64,000 bases of DNA from Patescibacteria group bacterium. Lineage in GTDB: Bacteria; Patescibacteriota; Patescibacteriia; PEXW01. Positions within the stretch are counted from its first letter, which is position 1; each line of letters opens with the position of its first letter. The notes beneath the pieces are model-generated. The model was given only the letters and a program-made list of their open reading frames with translations. It was not told the DNA's origin and did no database searches. The DNA lies in the NCBI GenBank assembly GCA_038065235.1, contig JBBTRK010000006.1, positions 3,255-67,254 of the forward strand, read 5' to 3'. The position numbers and the translations under genes are program-made. This document shows, piece by piece, positions 19,801-29,163 of this stretch.

Positions 19801-20565
19801 TTAGTGGGAAACGTGTCGAAGCTTCTCGAGCAGCAGCAGTGGTCCCGCGTACAGGTCTCGGCTCTTTGGTTTCCATTCGTTTCCACGTTCATCCTGCACA
19901 GCACACCCAGCCTCCTGCGCAATGACTACACCAGCCGCAACGTCCCACAGGTTTATTGGCCCCGCGATGATGACTGCGTCGAGCCGGCCCGCAGCCAGGT
20001 AGGCCAGGTCGAGCGCGGTTGAGCCAGCGTGGCGGACAGCCCGCAGCTTGTGGCTGAGCTTTTCAGCGATGACGAGCGACGCGTGCAACGACCGAAGAGA
20101 GTGGCTGTAGCCGTATCCGATGATGGCCTGGCTGAGCGGCCGGCTGGGGTGGCGGTGCAGAGGTTTGCCATTCTTCGTTGCGCCCTGGCCGTGCGCGCCA
20201 ATGAACGTCTCACCCGTGGGCGGGCAAGTGATGACCCCGAAGAGCGACGTGTCACCTTCCATGAGAGCAATGGATACGCCGAAGAACGGCACATGTAGGA
20301 CGAAGTTCGTGGTGCCATCCAGCGGGTCAATGACCCAGCGGAGTTTTCCCGGCCGGTTGTGACCTTCTTCCGAGAGGACGCCAATGTTCGGGAAAGCTTT
20401 ACGCAGTGTACGCTGGATGAGAAGGTTCGCTGCTCTATCTGCAGAGGTCACGAGCTCGTGGGCAGACTTCGCGTCCACGTCACGGCGGTGGAGGTTCTGG
20501 AAGCGTTTGAGCAGAAGCTTCCCGGCGAGATCTGCTGCGCGTTTTGCAATGGTGATTGGTTGCAT
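19801..20565 (-). CDS. suhB: Inositol monophosphatase family (SuhB)
   Basis: VTSAD, LSEE, WVIDPLDGTTNF, WDVAAG. Confidence 0.92.
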   Translation of the reverse strand: MQPITIAKRAADLAGKLLLKRFQNLHRRDVDAKSAHELVTSADRAANLLIQRTLRKAFPNIGVLSEEGHNRPGKLRWVIDPLDGTTNFVLHVPFFGVSIALMEGDTSLFGVITCPPTGETFIGAHGQGATKNGKPLHRHPSRPLSQAIIGYGYSHSLRSLHASLVIAEKLSHKLRAVRHAGSTALDLAYLAAGRLDAVIIAGPINLWDVAAGVVIAQEAGCAVQDERGNEWKPKSRDLYAGPLLLLEKLRHVSH

Positions 20566-20577
20566 AGACGTTTGACT

Positions 20578-20620
20578 TCCCCTGTGTCCCCTCCTTACCA
20601 AGGAGGGGACGTAAGGGGTG
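20578..20620. repeat. REP-like palindrome CCCCTCCTTACCAAGGAGGGG
   Basis: Perfect palindrome in the gap between two genes. Confidence 0.6.
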
Positions 20621-20623
20621 GTA

Positions 20624-21286
20624 TTAGAGTTTACCGATAAGCCAATAGTAGCAGTTTGCGGCGTACTCGCGCAGCACGCCCTTCGTGCTCTGCAACCTTC
20701 GGTTGGGTGAGTTCTGCGAGACAGTGCTACGGTCTGCAGCGCGGCACGTCACCGGCGGGGCCCCGGCGTTGCGGAAGAAGGCGCACGCCCGGCGGGTGTG
20801 GAAGTCGCTGGTGAGCACGATGATGGACTTCCAGCCGAGTTTGCGACCAATGGCGATTACGTTTGCGGCATTTTCTAGGGTGTTTTGGGCTTCGGCCTCT
20901 TGAATGATATTGTTCTCAACCACCCCCAGCTGCTGTAAGAGTTTGGCCATTGCCGGCGCTTCGGCAAACGGGTTGCTGCCAACTTTCCCACCGGTTACGA
21001 CGACAACTGGCGCAATCTTGTCATTCAAGAAGAGCTGCGCCCCGGTGCGCACGCGCTCCTCGGTTTTGAAAGAGAGTACCCCGGTTTCCTCGTCAATGCC
21101 GCCGCCGAGGATGACCAGTGCGTCAACATTTTTCAGCGGTTCTTGCTCCAGCCACGTGCGGCCCAGCATGACGTTGAGGTTGGTGAAGCCAGAGAGGATG
21201 ACGAAGAGCACAAGCGTGCCAATGAGCAGCCAAACTGCAGGCGGGAGCTTGCGGTAGATTTTCTCGTAGCGTGGTGCGAGCTTCAT
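20624..21286 (-). CDS. YdcF/DUF218 (ElyC/SanA-like) membrane-anchored protein
   Basis: DALVILGGG, VTGG, EA..M, E..AQNTLENA, LTSDFHTRRA, LREY. Confidence 0.9.
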   Translation of the reverse strand: MKLAPRYEKIYRKLPPAVWLLIGTLVLFVILSGFTNLNVMLGRTWLEQEPLKNVDALVILGGGIDEETGVLSFKTEERVRTGAQLFLNDKIAPVVVVTGGKVGSNPFAEAPAMAKLLQQLGVVENNIIQEAEAQNTLENAANVIAIGRKLGWKSIIVLTSDFHTRRACAFFRNAGAPPVTCRAADRSTVSQNSPNRRLQSTKGVLREYAANCYYWLIGKL

Positions 21287-22122
21287 GATCGAAGCTTCTT
21301 CAGCAAAGCAATGTCTTTGATGTGCTTGCCGTCGTGGTGGGTTTCTAGAACCATGTCGATGTTCTTTAGCTTCGGGTGTCGGCACAAGGCCTTGAATCCC
21401 GCTAAGCCAATTTTCCCATCGCCAATGTGCTCGTGCCTGTCGCGGTGGTCGCCCAAACCCATTTTACTATCGTTCACATGGAAGAGCTTTAGGTATTGCA
21501 GGCCAATGAGCTTGTCAAATTTTTTCAGGAAAGCGTAAACTGCCGACTTCGTGCGCAGGTCGTAGCCGCTGGCAAAGGCGTGACAGGTGTCTAGGCAGAT
21601 GCCGATTTTTTTCTTACTCGCCGCAGGCACAGCCTTGATGAACGATGCGAGTTCCTCGAGCGTATCTCCCACCACCGCGCCAGCCCCGGCGGCATTTTCG
21701 AGCAGGAAGAGCGCAGTGCCGGTGTAGCCTTTGAGAATTTCCTTTATTGCATCCGCCACCATCTTCGTCGCCTTTGCTTCTGGTACGTCTTTCGCCGAGC
21801 CCAAATGCGTCATGACTGCGGTGACTCCTAACAAAGTTGAACGCTCCAATTCACCCCGAACAATTTCAATAGAACCTTTGCGCAGGCGCGGGTTTGCCGA
21901 AGCAAAGTTGATGAAGTAGGGGGTGTGCACGTAGGTGCGCGGGATGGTGTACTTTTCATTCTCGGCTTTGAATGCCGCAATAATGTCCGCGGTCAGCTTG
22001 GGTGCCGCACCGCCCTGCGGCGAGCGCGTGAAAAATTGGTAGACTTCACATTTCAGGTCGTGGGCGTTCTTCGGGGCGTTCTGGCTGCCGCCCGCGGCGG
22101 AGACGTGGTTGCCGATAAGCAT
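21283..22122 (-). CDS. nfo: Endonuclease IV (AP endonuclease 2)
   Basis: GNHVSAAGG, HTPYFIN, LLEN.AG, CLDTCHAFASGYD, HVNDSK, DRHEHIG.G, LET. Confidence 0.95.
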   Translation of the reverse strand: MLIGNHVSAAGGSQNAPKNAHDLKCEVYQFFTRSPQGGAAPKLTADIIAAFKAENEKYTIPRTYVHTPYFINFASANPRLRKGSIEIVRGELERSTLLGVTAVMTHLGSAKDVPEAKATKMVADAIKEILKGYTGTALFLLENAAGAGAVVGDTLEELASFIKAVPAASKKKIGICLDTCHAFASGYDLRTKSAVYAFLKKFDKLIGLQYLKLFHVNDSKMGLGDHRDRHEHIGDGKIGLAGFKALCRHPKLKNIDMVLETHHDGKHIKDIALLKKLRS

Positions 22123-22205
22123 ACGAGTAGTATAGCATCGGAACCCATCCCTAATTTCACAAAAGGTATAGTAAAGGAACGCATTGTACTCCTTCAAATC
22201 AGTAC

Positions 22206-23495
22206 TTACTTCTTCGGTTCGACCTTTTCCAGAATCCAGGCAATGGTCTTCCGGTTGGTGAGCACCATTTTCAAGTAATTCTTGTAGTCATCGGAGTCTA
22301 CTTGCTTCAGTAGCTCTGGGTTACTGCCCAAGCGGAGTTTTTCGGCGCTGATTTCACCTTCGACTTCTGCTGTGCTGGCGACCAGGTTATTTGCATCAGC
22401 CATGTGTCGCAGCAACAGTGCAACTTTCACGCGGTCTTCGGCGCGCTTCACGAATTCTTTCTTCAAGTCATCACGGGTCTTCTTGAGGGACGAGAGGTAG
22501 TCTTCAAACTTTCCGCCATCGTGCTTAATAGCATGCTGGAGTTCGTGGACCATTTTATCCTGCTCCGATTCGACCAGGATTGCAGGCACGTCATCGATCG
22601 TGCTCTTCTTCAGGAGTTCCTCCAGGATTGCCTGCTCGTAGCGCTGGCGTTCTCGGTCTGCAGACTCCTCGTGCAGGTTCTCCTTCACCTTCTCTCGTAG
22701 TTTCTCCATGCTCTCAAAGTTGCCTAGCTTCTTGGCAAAAGCGTCATCCAGATTGGGCATGCTGGTGTCGTACACCGTGCGGAGCTTCACCTTGAACTCT
22801 GCCTCCTTGCCCTGCAGGTCTTTCTTGCCGTACTCCTTGGGGAAGGTGAGCTTGAAAGTTTTCTCCTGATCAGCTTCCAGGCCAATGAGCTGCTCTTCAA
22901 AGCCCGGGATGAACATTTGTTCGCCAATGGTCATGGTCTGGTTCGTCCCCTTCCCATTCTCCAGCGGGACGTTGTTGAGCGCGACGTCGAAGTCCACATC
23001 CACGCGGTCACCGTGCTTCGCTGGGCGCTTGGCTGCTGCGTGCGAGGCGTGGGTTAGCTGCAGGCTTTTCAACGTTTTCTCAATTTGCTCGTTCGTCACT
23101 TCCACTGGTTTCCGTTCAATCTTGATCGAGCCAATGTCGCCGACCTTGATTTCTGGCAGCACCGGGACTTCGGCCGAGAACACAAATGGGTTTCCCTCGG
23201 CGAGTTTCTCCACGCTGATTTTCGGTTGCCCAATGGTCCGTAGCTTCTGTTCGACGACAGCCTTCGCGAAGGTGTCCTGCAAGGCGTGCTCGGCTGCGTG
23301 TTCCAGTATGCTCCCGAGGCCGACCTTCTTCTCAATCATTTCTCGCGGGGCCATGCCCGGGCGGAAGCCAGGAATCTTCGCACTCGCGGCGAGGTGCTGG
23401 ACTGCGCCGGTGATGTGCTTGGCAAATTCCTCTGCCGTGAGTTCCACAGTGAGTTTGACGAGGCCTTTGGATTGCTTGGTGGCGGTAACCTGCAT
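22206..23495 (-). CDS. tig: Trigger factor
   Basis: IPGFRPGMAP signature; FIPGFEEQLIG; FP.EY...L.GK.A.F. Confidence 0.95.
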   Translation of the reverse strand: MQVTATKQSKGLVKLTVELTAEEFAKHITGAVQHLAASAKIPGFRPGMAPREMIEKKVGLGSILEHAAEHALQDTFAKAVVEQKLRTIGQPKISVEKLAEGNPFVFSAEVPVLPEIKVGDIGSIKIERKPVEVTNEQIEKTLKSLQLTHASHAAAKRPAKHGDRVDVDFDVALNNVPLENGKGTNQTMTIGEQMFIPGFEEQLIGLEADQEKTFKLTFPKEYGKKDLQGKEAEFKVKLRTVYDTSMPNLDDAFAKKLGNFESMEKLREKVKENLHEESADRERQRYEQAILEELLKKSTIDDVPAILVESEQDKMVHELQHAIKHDGGKFEDYLSSLKKTRDDLKKEFVKRAEDRVKVALLLRHMADANNLVASTAEVEGEISAEKLRLGSNPELLKQVDSDDYKNYLKMVLTNRKTIAWILEKVEPKK

Positions 23496-23564
23496 AGCAA
23501 AAACGGCTAGGGTGAGAGGGTTAGGTTAGCCGAAAAGCTGGAGTCCGTAAAGGGTCACCCTCTC

Positions 23565-23656
23565 TTGTCATTCTGAGGCCGAGCTCACCGAGGCCGAAGA
23601 ATCTTGCTGCCTTATTAAAAGCGCGCAAGATCCTTCGCTGTTGCTCAGGATGACAA
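23565..23656. repeat. Palindromic element family A
   Basis: Near-identical, in inverted orientation, to 34010-34102. Confidence 0.9.
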
Positions 23657-23703
23657 ATGAATATACAGCTATCTGTCCCAAACCCCCGGACTGCTAAAAA
23701 GAA

Positions 23704-23729
23704 GAAGCCCCGCAGTGGTGCAGGGCTTT
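23704..23729 (-). terminator. Terminator of the 23748-24107 gene
   Basis: AAGCCCUGCA/UGCGGGGCUU stem plus U-tract on the minus strand. Confidence 0.7.
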
Positions 23730-23747
23730 AAAATGCAAGCAGACTAT

Positions 23748-24107
23748 TTACCCTTGCATTTCCATCCAAGCTGAGGGTGTGTGGTATATCTCGAGTGAGG
23801 CAGTGGCTCCATCGGGAACCAGATGTACGAATTCAAGTTCAATATCTGTTCCAATGGTGTCGAGTTCGCCGATTGTTTTCGACTCTGCATTCCCGAACAA
23901 AATGGTAATATGCAGGTCGTGAGTGAAAATGTCGAACGGGCTTCGTTCGAGGACGTCAATTATGACATCTTTAGGCATCACAGTTCCACCAACACCAGGG
24001 AAGGAAAGATACTTTGCCACTGGTTCTGGTATGGCTGCAATTATCTTTTTAAGAGCCTCATCGTTTACAGTCGCTTTGTTGTTACGTTTAATGATAACTT
24101 GTGACAC
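23748..24107 (-). CDS. Hypothetical protein, possible tautomerase/MIF-like fold
   Basis: GTG start after GGAGG SD; own promoter and terminator; beta-alpha-beta pattern (fold call is weak). Confidence 0.6.
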   Translation of the reverse strand: MSQVIIKRNNKATVNDEALKKIIAAIPEPVAKYLSFPGVGGTVMPKDVIIDVLERSPFDIFTHDLHITILFGNAESKTIGELDTIGTDIELEFVHLVPDGATASLEIYHTPSAWMEMQG

Positions 24108-24144
24108 GTTTACCTCCGTTTTTTTTGGTTGAGTTTGACCGATG

Positions 24145-24172
24145 AGTATACAGGAATAGGCGCCTCTGTCAA
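24145..24172 (-). promoter_or_regulatory. sigma70 promoter TTGACA-N16-TATACT
   Basis: Read directly on the minus strand. Confidence 0.75.
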
Positions 24173-24214
24173 TAGCAGAGGGCATACGACCTAACAGGTT
24201 GTAATGACGGATTG

Positions 24215-25666
24215 TTAGTTTTTAGGTCTTACATCCACCACCCGCTTCTCTTTGGGCTCGGTTTCCATGCCGACCATCTTCAATATTTCGGCGAGCGGCT
24301 TTTCGACCAAGCGGGCAGTCACGCCGGTTTCGGCCATGATTTTGCGGTTGAGGGCGTGCTCCAGCTGCATGAAGGTTACATTTGGCTTCGGCGCAACGTA
24401 GAGGACGAGCTCATCAACTTCGAATGGGTCGTTGTTCACTTTGGCAATTTGCAGCTGCCACTCTTCCACTTCGGGGCTGCCCGAGAGCAAGGGGAAGAAG
24501 GCGTTGAGGTCTACGAGTTCGCCTTTCACTTTAGTCAAGTTAAATTCTTTGATTTCAGATTTGCGTTTAATATCTTTACTAATCCTCGCCACGGTGCGGC
24601 CGCAGTGTGAGCACTGGTCGTAAGATATGCCTTGGATAATATCACCCGTGCGATAGCGCACCATGACGGTGCCGCGCCAGTTGAGGCTGGTATACACCAG
24701 CTCGCCAGGTTGGCCATCAGGGACGCGGTTGCCTGCATCGTCCACCACTTCGAATATTTCCATGTCTGGGTAGGTGTGGTAGCCGGTTTCCTCACTGCAT
24801 TGCGTCCACGCAGTCTTGCCTTCGGTCATGGCGTAGGTAGCGATGATCTTCACGTCCATGGCGCCAACTTCTTTGAGGAGGTCTTTCACCTTCGCGCGCA
24901 AGCCTTCGCTCACCCGCTCGCCGCCGAACACCACGTACTGCATGCTGGACCAGTTTTTCTTCTGTGTGACAGCTTCGCGCAAACTGTGGTAGAAGTAGCC
25001 GGGGATAGCAGTGACGACAGTTGCCTTTAACCGCTCAATGGCGTCAATGATTTTCTGCGTGCCCATCACTTTGCCGCCGCCGGTTTGCAGTGTGGTGAGC
25101 CCGAGGCTAGAGGTGGCGAAGAAGGCCAGCCAGAAGGCCAGGTGCGGTGCATAGGGGAAGGCATTCACCACCACGGCGTTGCCAGGAATGCCCATGGTGA
25201 GGAAGAGCCGGCTGGCTGTTTCTTTGAGAACGCTCAAGTCCCGTTGCGAGTAGCCAACAGCGGTTGGGAGCGCAGTGCGGCCGGTGGTGAAGTGCAGGTG
25301 AATGGGCTTGTACTCCCACTCTAATTTTTTCTTCACATCCTGGCCGGCGAGCTTCTGGAGCAGGATGCCAATGAGCTTGGTTTTGGCGGCATACTGCTTG
25401 ATGAGGTGCTCGTCAGGTTGCAGGATGAAGGCGCGGGATTTCGCGGGGTCTTCCGGCGTTGGGGCTAAATCGGCTTTCGAGGAGAACGGGATCTTCTGCA
25501 AATCGTCGATGGAGTTTATGTCCGAGAATTTTAGGTTGTGCTTCTCGAAGAGTGCGCGAAAGTACGGGCTGTAAGGCAGCTCGTGGTGGAAGAAGTGTCG
25601 CAGGCGCTTGGTCTGCAGGCTGGTGATTTCGTCGGTGGTGAGGCGGGAAACGGTAGACCAATCCAT
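24215..25666 (-). CDS. Phenylacetate-CoA-ligase-like (PaaK-type) adenylate-forming enzyme
   Basis: SPYFR...DDLQKIPF..K, HFTTGRTALP (degenerate P-loop), GGE, YAMTE, GELVYT...RYRTGD. Confidence 0.8.
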   Translation of the reverse strand: MDWSTVSRLTTDEITSLQTKRLRHFFHHELPYSPYFRALFEKHNLKFSDINSIDDLQKIPFSSKADLAPTPEDPAKSRAFILQPDEHLIKQYAAKTKLIGILLQKLAGQDVKKKLEWEYKPIHLHFTTGRTALPTAVGYSQRDLSVLKETASRLFLTMGIPGNAVVVNAFPYAPHLAFWLAFFATSSLGLTTLQTGGGKVMGTQKIIDAIERLKATVVTAIPGYFYHSLREAVTQKKNWSSMQYVVFGGERVSEGLRAKVKDLLKEVGAMDVKIIATYAMTEGKTAWTQCSEETGYHTYPDMEIFEVVDDAGNRVPDGQPGELVYTSLNWRGTVMVRYRTGDIIQGISYDQCSHCGRTVARISKDIKRKSEIKEFNLTKVKGELVDLNAFFPLLSGSPEVEEWQLQIAKVNNDPFEVDELVLYVAPKPNVTFMQLEHALNRKIMAETGVTARLVEKPLAEILKMVGMETEPKEKRVVDVRPKN

Positions 25667-25675
25667 GTAGGTAGT

Positions 25676-26311
25676 CTAATAGGGCGATGGCATACCTGCA
25701 AGCTCGCCAATAGCCACCATGATGGTGCGGGTGGTGCTGGTCAACAAGTCTTTGGTTATTTGGTTTTCCGTACGTTTCGGGAAGATGAGTGGCGTACCGA
25801 CACGGAGCGCCATATTGCGACGAGGCGAGAGCGAAGCGCGGATAGCTTGGCTAACGGTCCAGGTGAACGGACCCTGAAAACCGCAAGGGATAACCGGTAC
25901 CCCAGTCCAATGAGCCAAACGAGCCACGCCGGTTTTGCCCGGCATAACAAACGGCGCAGCATTGCGCATACCTTCTGGGAAAATCCCGACAGGATTCCCA
26001 GCTTCGAGTTCTCGACGTAATTGCACCAAGCACTCGCTCGGTTGGTTTTCATTTTTTTCTACCATGCCTAGCCACTCGTACCCAAATTTTTTACCGAATA
26101 CTTTTATAAGTTTGTCATACACCACAAAGATGACCGGTTGATGCGTGAATCGGTAGACGACAGCAACGATGAACATGGGGTCGGGTGAGCCAATGTGATT
26201 GACTGCCAGGATGTATGAGCCGGTTTTTGGAAAGTTCTCTAAGCCTTCGATCGTGTGGAAACGTCGAGTGAATAATGGCAGGAGCCAATTGAGGCCAGCG
26301 TAGCGTTTCAT
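25676..26311 (-). CDS. Lysophospholipid acyltransferase (PlsC family)
   Basis: NHIGSPD (HX4D), IFPEG, GKTGVARLA...PVIP. Confidence 0.88.
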   Translation of the reverse strand: MKRYAGLNWLLPLFTRRFHTIEGLENFPKTGSYILAVNHIGSPDPMFIVAVVYRFTHQPVIFVVYDKLIKVFGKKFGYEWLGMVEKNENQPSECLVQLRRELEAGNPVGIFPEGMRNAAPFVMPGKTGVARLAHWTGVPVIPCGFQGPFTWTVSQAIRASLSPRRNMALRVGTPLIFPKRTENQITKDLLTSTTRTIMVAIGELAGMPSPY

Positions 26312-26928
26312 CCGGTATAAGTTTTGTCGGCGAGCTCAGCGACACGGCTCATGATTTGTGCCATGACCTTGTCGAGCAGCGGTCGGTCCACCGTGAGGCT
26401 ATACCAAGCCGAGAGGTCGATGGGTTTGCCAATGGTCATTTGCAAGCGACCCATAAGCATGTCGTGGCGGTGGTCGGCAGAGGTTTGGGGTATGGGCGTC
26501 GTCCGCCGCAAGCCAATGGGGATGACTGGCGCGCGTGTTGCAAGCGCTAGGCGGGCCGCGCCGGTTTTAACTTTCCCAATCGTCTGTAGCGTATTTACCC
26601 CCGCTTCGGGGTAGAAGCACACCAGCTCACCGCGCTGGAGGATTGATGTTGCTTCGGCAAGGGTTTGCTTGCGATTTGGAAAAAGTGGGATGGTATTCGC
26701 GATGTACCGGACTATAGGGTTTTCAAAAATTTTCCATTTCGTAATAAAGTATGGCATGCGGTGGCGGTGAGCCAGCACAACGCCGAAGAGCGCTTGCGGA
26801 TCTTGCAAGCCAACATGATTAGCAACGAGTATCGCGCCGCCAGTTTTTGGAATATTATCCAAACCTTCCGCTGACGTTGCGCGCCAGCGGAAGAGGGGTG
26901 ACAGGAGGGTACGGAGGTCAAAAGCCAT
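26308..26928 (-). CDS. Lysophospholipid acyltransferase (PlsC family)
   Basis: NHVGLQD, FYPEAG, KTGAARLA...PVIPIG. Confidence 0.88.
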   Translation of the reverse strand: MAFDLRTLLSPLFRWRATSAEGLDNIPKTGGAILVANHVGLQDPQALFGVVLAHRHRMPYFITKWKIFENPIVRYIANTIPLFPNRKQTLAEATSILQRGELVCFYPEAGVNTLQTIGKVKTGAARLALATRAPVIPIGLRRTTPIPQTSADHRHDMLMGRLQMTIGKPIDLSAWYSLTVDRPLLDKVMAQIMSRVAELADKTYTG

Positions 26929-26949
26929 ACGCCACTCGTTTATCAGAAA

Positions 26950-28962
26950 TTAGAGCTTCCAGTTAATCAGCAGGCCGACGATGAGCAGAGCCACAATGTT
27001 GATGATCTTGATCATTGGGTTGATGGCTGGGCCGGCAGTATCTTTGTACGGGTCGCCCACAGTGTCGCCGGTGACGGCTGCCTTGTGCGCTTCCGAACCC
27101 TTGCCGCCGAAGTTGCCAGCCTCAATAAATTTCTTGGCATTATCCCAGGCGGCGCCGCCACTGGTCATAGAGATGGCGACGAAGAGGCCAGTGACAATTG
27201 CGCCGACGAGCATGCCGCCGACCGCAACTGGGCCGAGGATGAGGCCGACGACGATTGGCGCAAGCACGGGGATAAGCGCAGGTACGAACATGGCGCGGAT
27301 GGCGCCGCGGGTAACAATATCAACCGCCCGGCTGTAGTCGGGTTTCTGCGTGCCCAACATAATACCAGGCATTTCCCGAAACTGGCGGCGCACTTCTTCC
27401 ACCACGTAGCCCGCGACCTTGCCGACTGCTTCCATAGCGCGGGCGCCGAAGAAGAATGGCAACATGCCGCCGATGAATAGGCCGATGATGACGTTCACGT
27501 CGCTAAGGTCAAATTGCAGGTTGTACCCTCGGTCCGCGAACTCCTGCACGTACGCCGCGAAGAGCACGATGGCGGCGAGGCCAGCGGAGCCAATTGCATA
27601 GCCTTTGGTCACCGCTTTCGTGGTGTTGCCAACTGCATCGAGCGGGTCGGTTACGTCGCGGATTTCCTGTGGCAAGTTGGCCATTTCGGCAATGCCGCCA
27701 GCGTTATCCGTAATCGGACCAAACGCATCGATAGTAATGATAATGCCGGTGAGTGAGAGCATGGCCATGGCCGCGATCGCGACGCCGTACAATCCTGCCA
27801 GCTCGTATGAGCCCCAGATGCCTAAGGCAATTGCGATGACCGGGAAAACCGTTGCTTTCATACCCACGGCGAGGCCGGTGATTATGTTCGTGCCATGGCC
27901 CGTGCGTGACGCTTCGGCAATGGATTGCACGGGGCGGTACTTGGTTGACGTGAAGTACTCGGTAATAACCACGATGAGCGCGGTGACGCCGAGACCGACG
28001 AGGCTCGCTAGGTACAACTGCGTTACGGTGTACTGGCCATTATCCTTCATGAGCCACTGCGTAATGGGGTAGAAGAATATTGCCGCAATAACTCCGGCGG
28101 CGATGAGGCCTTTGTAGAGCGCGCCCATGATGTTCTGCTTCACGCCCAATCGGATGAAGAACGTGCCGAGGATGGAGGCGACAATAGAGATGGCACCGAG
28201 TGCGAGTGGGTAGATCAACGGCGCGTCCATACCCGGGAAGAGCAGGGAGCCCAAGAGCATGGCGGCAATTGCGGTCACAGCGTAGGTCTCGAAGAGGTCT
28301 GCAGCCATACCGGCGTCGTCGCCGACGTTATCACCCACGTTATCGGCAATCACGGCCGGGTTGCGTGGGTCGTCTTCGGGTATCCCAGCTTCCACTTTAC
28401 CCACGAGGTCAGCACCGACGTCCGCGGCTTTGGTGAAGATGCCACCACCGAGCCGAGCGAAGACCGAGATGAGCGAGCCACCGAAGCCAAGGCCGATGAG
28501 CGCTTTTACGTCTTTCGTAATCCAGTAGAAAACGGTCACACCGAGCAAGGCGAGGCCCACCACGAGCAAACCCGTGACCGCGCCGCCACGGACGGCGACT
28601 TTTAACGCTGGCTGCATGCCCGATTTCGCAGCTTCAGCGGTGCGGACGTTGGCGCGCACGGCAATGTACATGCCGACGTACCCAGCGAGTGCCGAGAGCA
28701 CAGCACCGACGAGGAAGCCAATGGCGGTAGTCCAATCTACGAACAAGCCGAGGATGACGAAGAGCGCAGCGGCAATCCAGGCAACGGTCATCGTCTGCCG
28801 GTTGAGGTACGCCCGCGCACCTTGCTGAATGGCGCTGGCAATTTCTTTCATTTTATCTGTCCCCTGTGGGAGGCCGAGAATCCATTTCGCCAGCCAGAGG
28901 CCAGCGAGAATAGCGAGGATGGCTGCACCGAGAGCGAAGCTTAAGGTCTGCGTCATTTCCAT
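26950..28962 (-). CDS. hppA: Membrane H+-translocating pyrophosphatase, K+-independent type
   Basis: [45 protein letters not shown] (Lys marks the K+-independent type), [10 protein letters not shown]. Confidence 0.95.
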   Translation of the reverse strand: MEMTQTLSFALGAAILAILAGLWLAKWILGLPQGTDKMKEIASAIQQGARAYLNRQTMTVAWIAAALFVILGLFVDWTTAIGFLVGAVLSALAGYVGMYIAVRANVRTAEAAKSGMQPALKVAVRGGAVTGLLVVGLALLGVTVFYWITKDVKALIGLGFGGSLISVFARLGGGIFTKAADVGADLVGKVEAGIPEDDPRNPAVIADNVGDNVGDDAGMAADLFETYAVTAIAAMLLGSLLFPGMDAPLIYPLALGAISIVASILGTFFIRLGVKQNIMGALYKGLIAAGVIAAIFFYPITQWLMKDNGQYTVTQLYLASLVGLGVTALIVVITEYFTSTKYRPVQSIAEASRTGHGTNIITGLAVGMKATVFPVIAIALGIWGSYELAGLYGVAIAAMAMLSLTGIIITIDAFGPITDNAGGIAEMANLPQEIRDVTDPLDAVGNTTKAVTKGYAIGSAGLAAIVLFAAYVQEFADRGYNLQFDLSDVNVIIGLFIGGMLPFFFGARAMEAVGKVAGYVVEEVRRQFREMPGIMLGTQKPDYSRAVDIVTRGAIRAMFVPALIPVLAPIVVGLILGPVAVGGMLVGAIVTGLFVAISMTSGGAAWDNAKKFIEAGNFGGKGSEAHKAAVTGDTVGDPYKDTAGPAINPMIKIINIVALLIVGLLINWKL

Positions 28963-28964
28963 AC

Positions 28965-28994
28965 GGTTACGAATTACGAATGAAAGATACGAAT
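28965..28994. repeat. Heptamer-like tandem repeat (TACGAAT)n directly upstream of hppA; related copy at 33523-33559
   Basis: GGTTACGAATTACGAAT...GATACGAA present at both sites. Confidence 0.75.
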
Positions 28995-29015
28995 GGGATC
29001 AAAATATTTATTTTA

Positions 29016-29142
29016 TGTCATTCTGACCCCGAGTAATCGAGGGGGAAGAATCTTGCCGCTATTTACCTTGCGCAAGATCCTCCCGCCTGCCTCGTCACTA
29101 CGAGTTCGGCGGGCAGGTCGGCCTGCTGGCCTCAGGATGACA
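29016..29142. repeat. Palindromic element family A with nested CCTGCC...GGGCAGG insertion
   Basis: TGTCATTCTGA...AGAATCTTGC...GCAAGATCCT[insert]TCG...CTCAGGATGACA. Confidence 0.85.
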
Positions 29143-29163
29143 ATCGAATAGAGAAGAGTAAAA

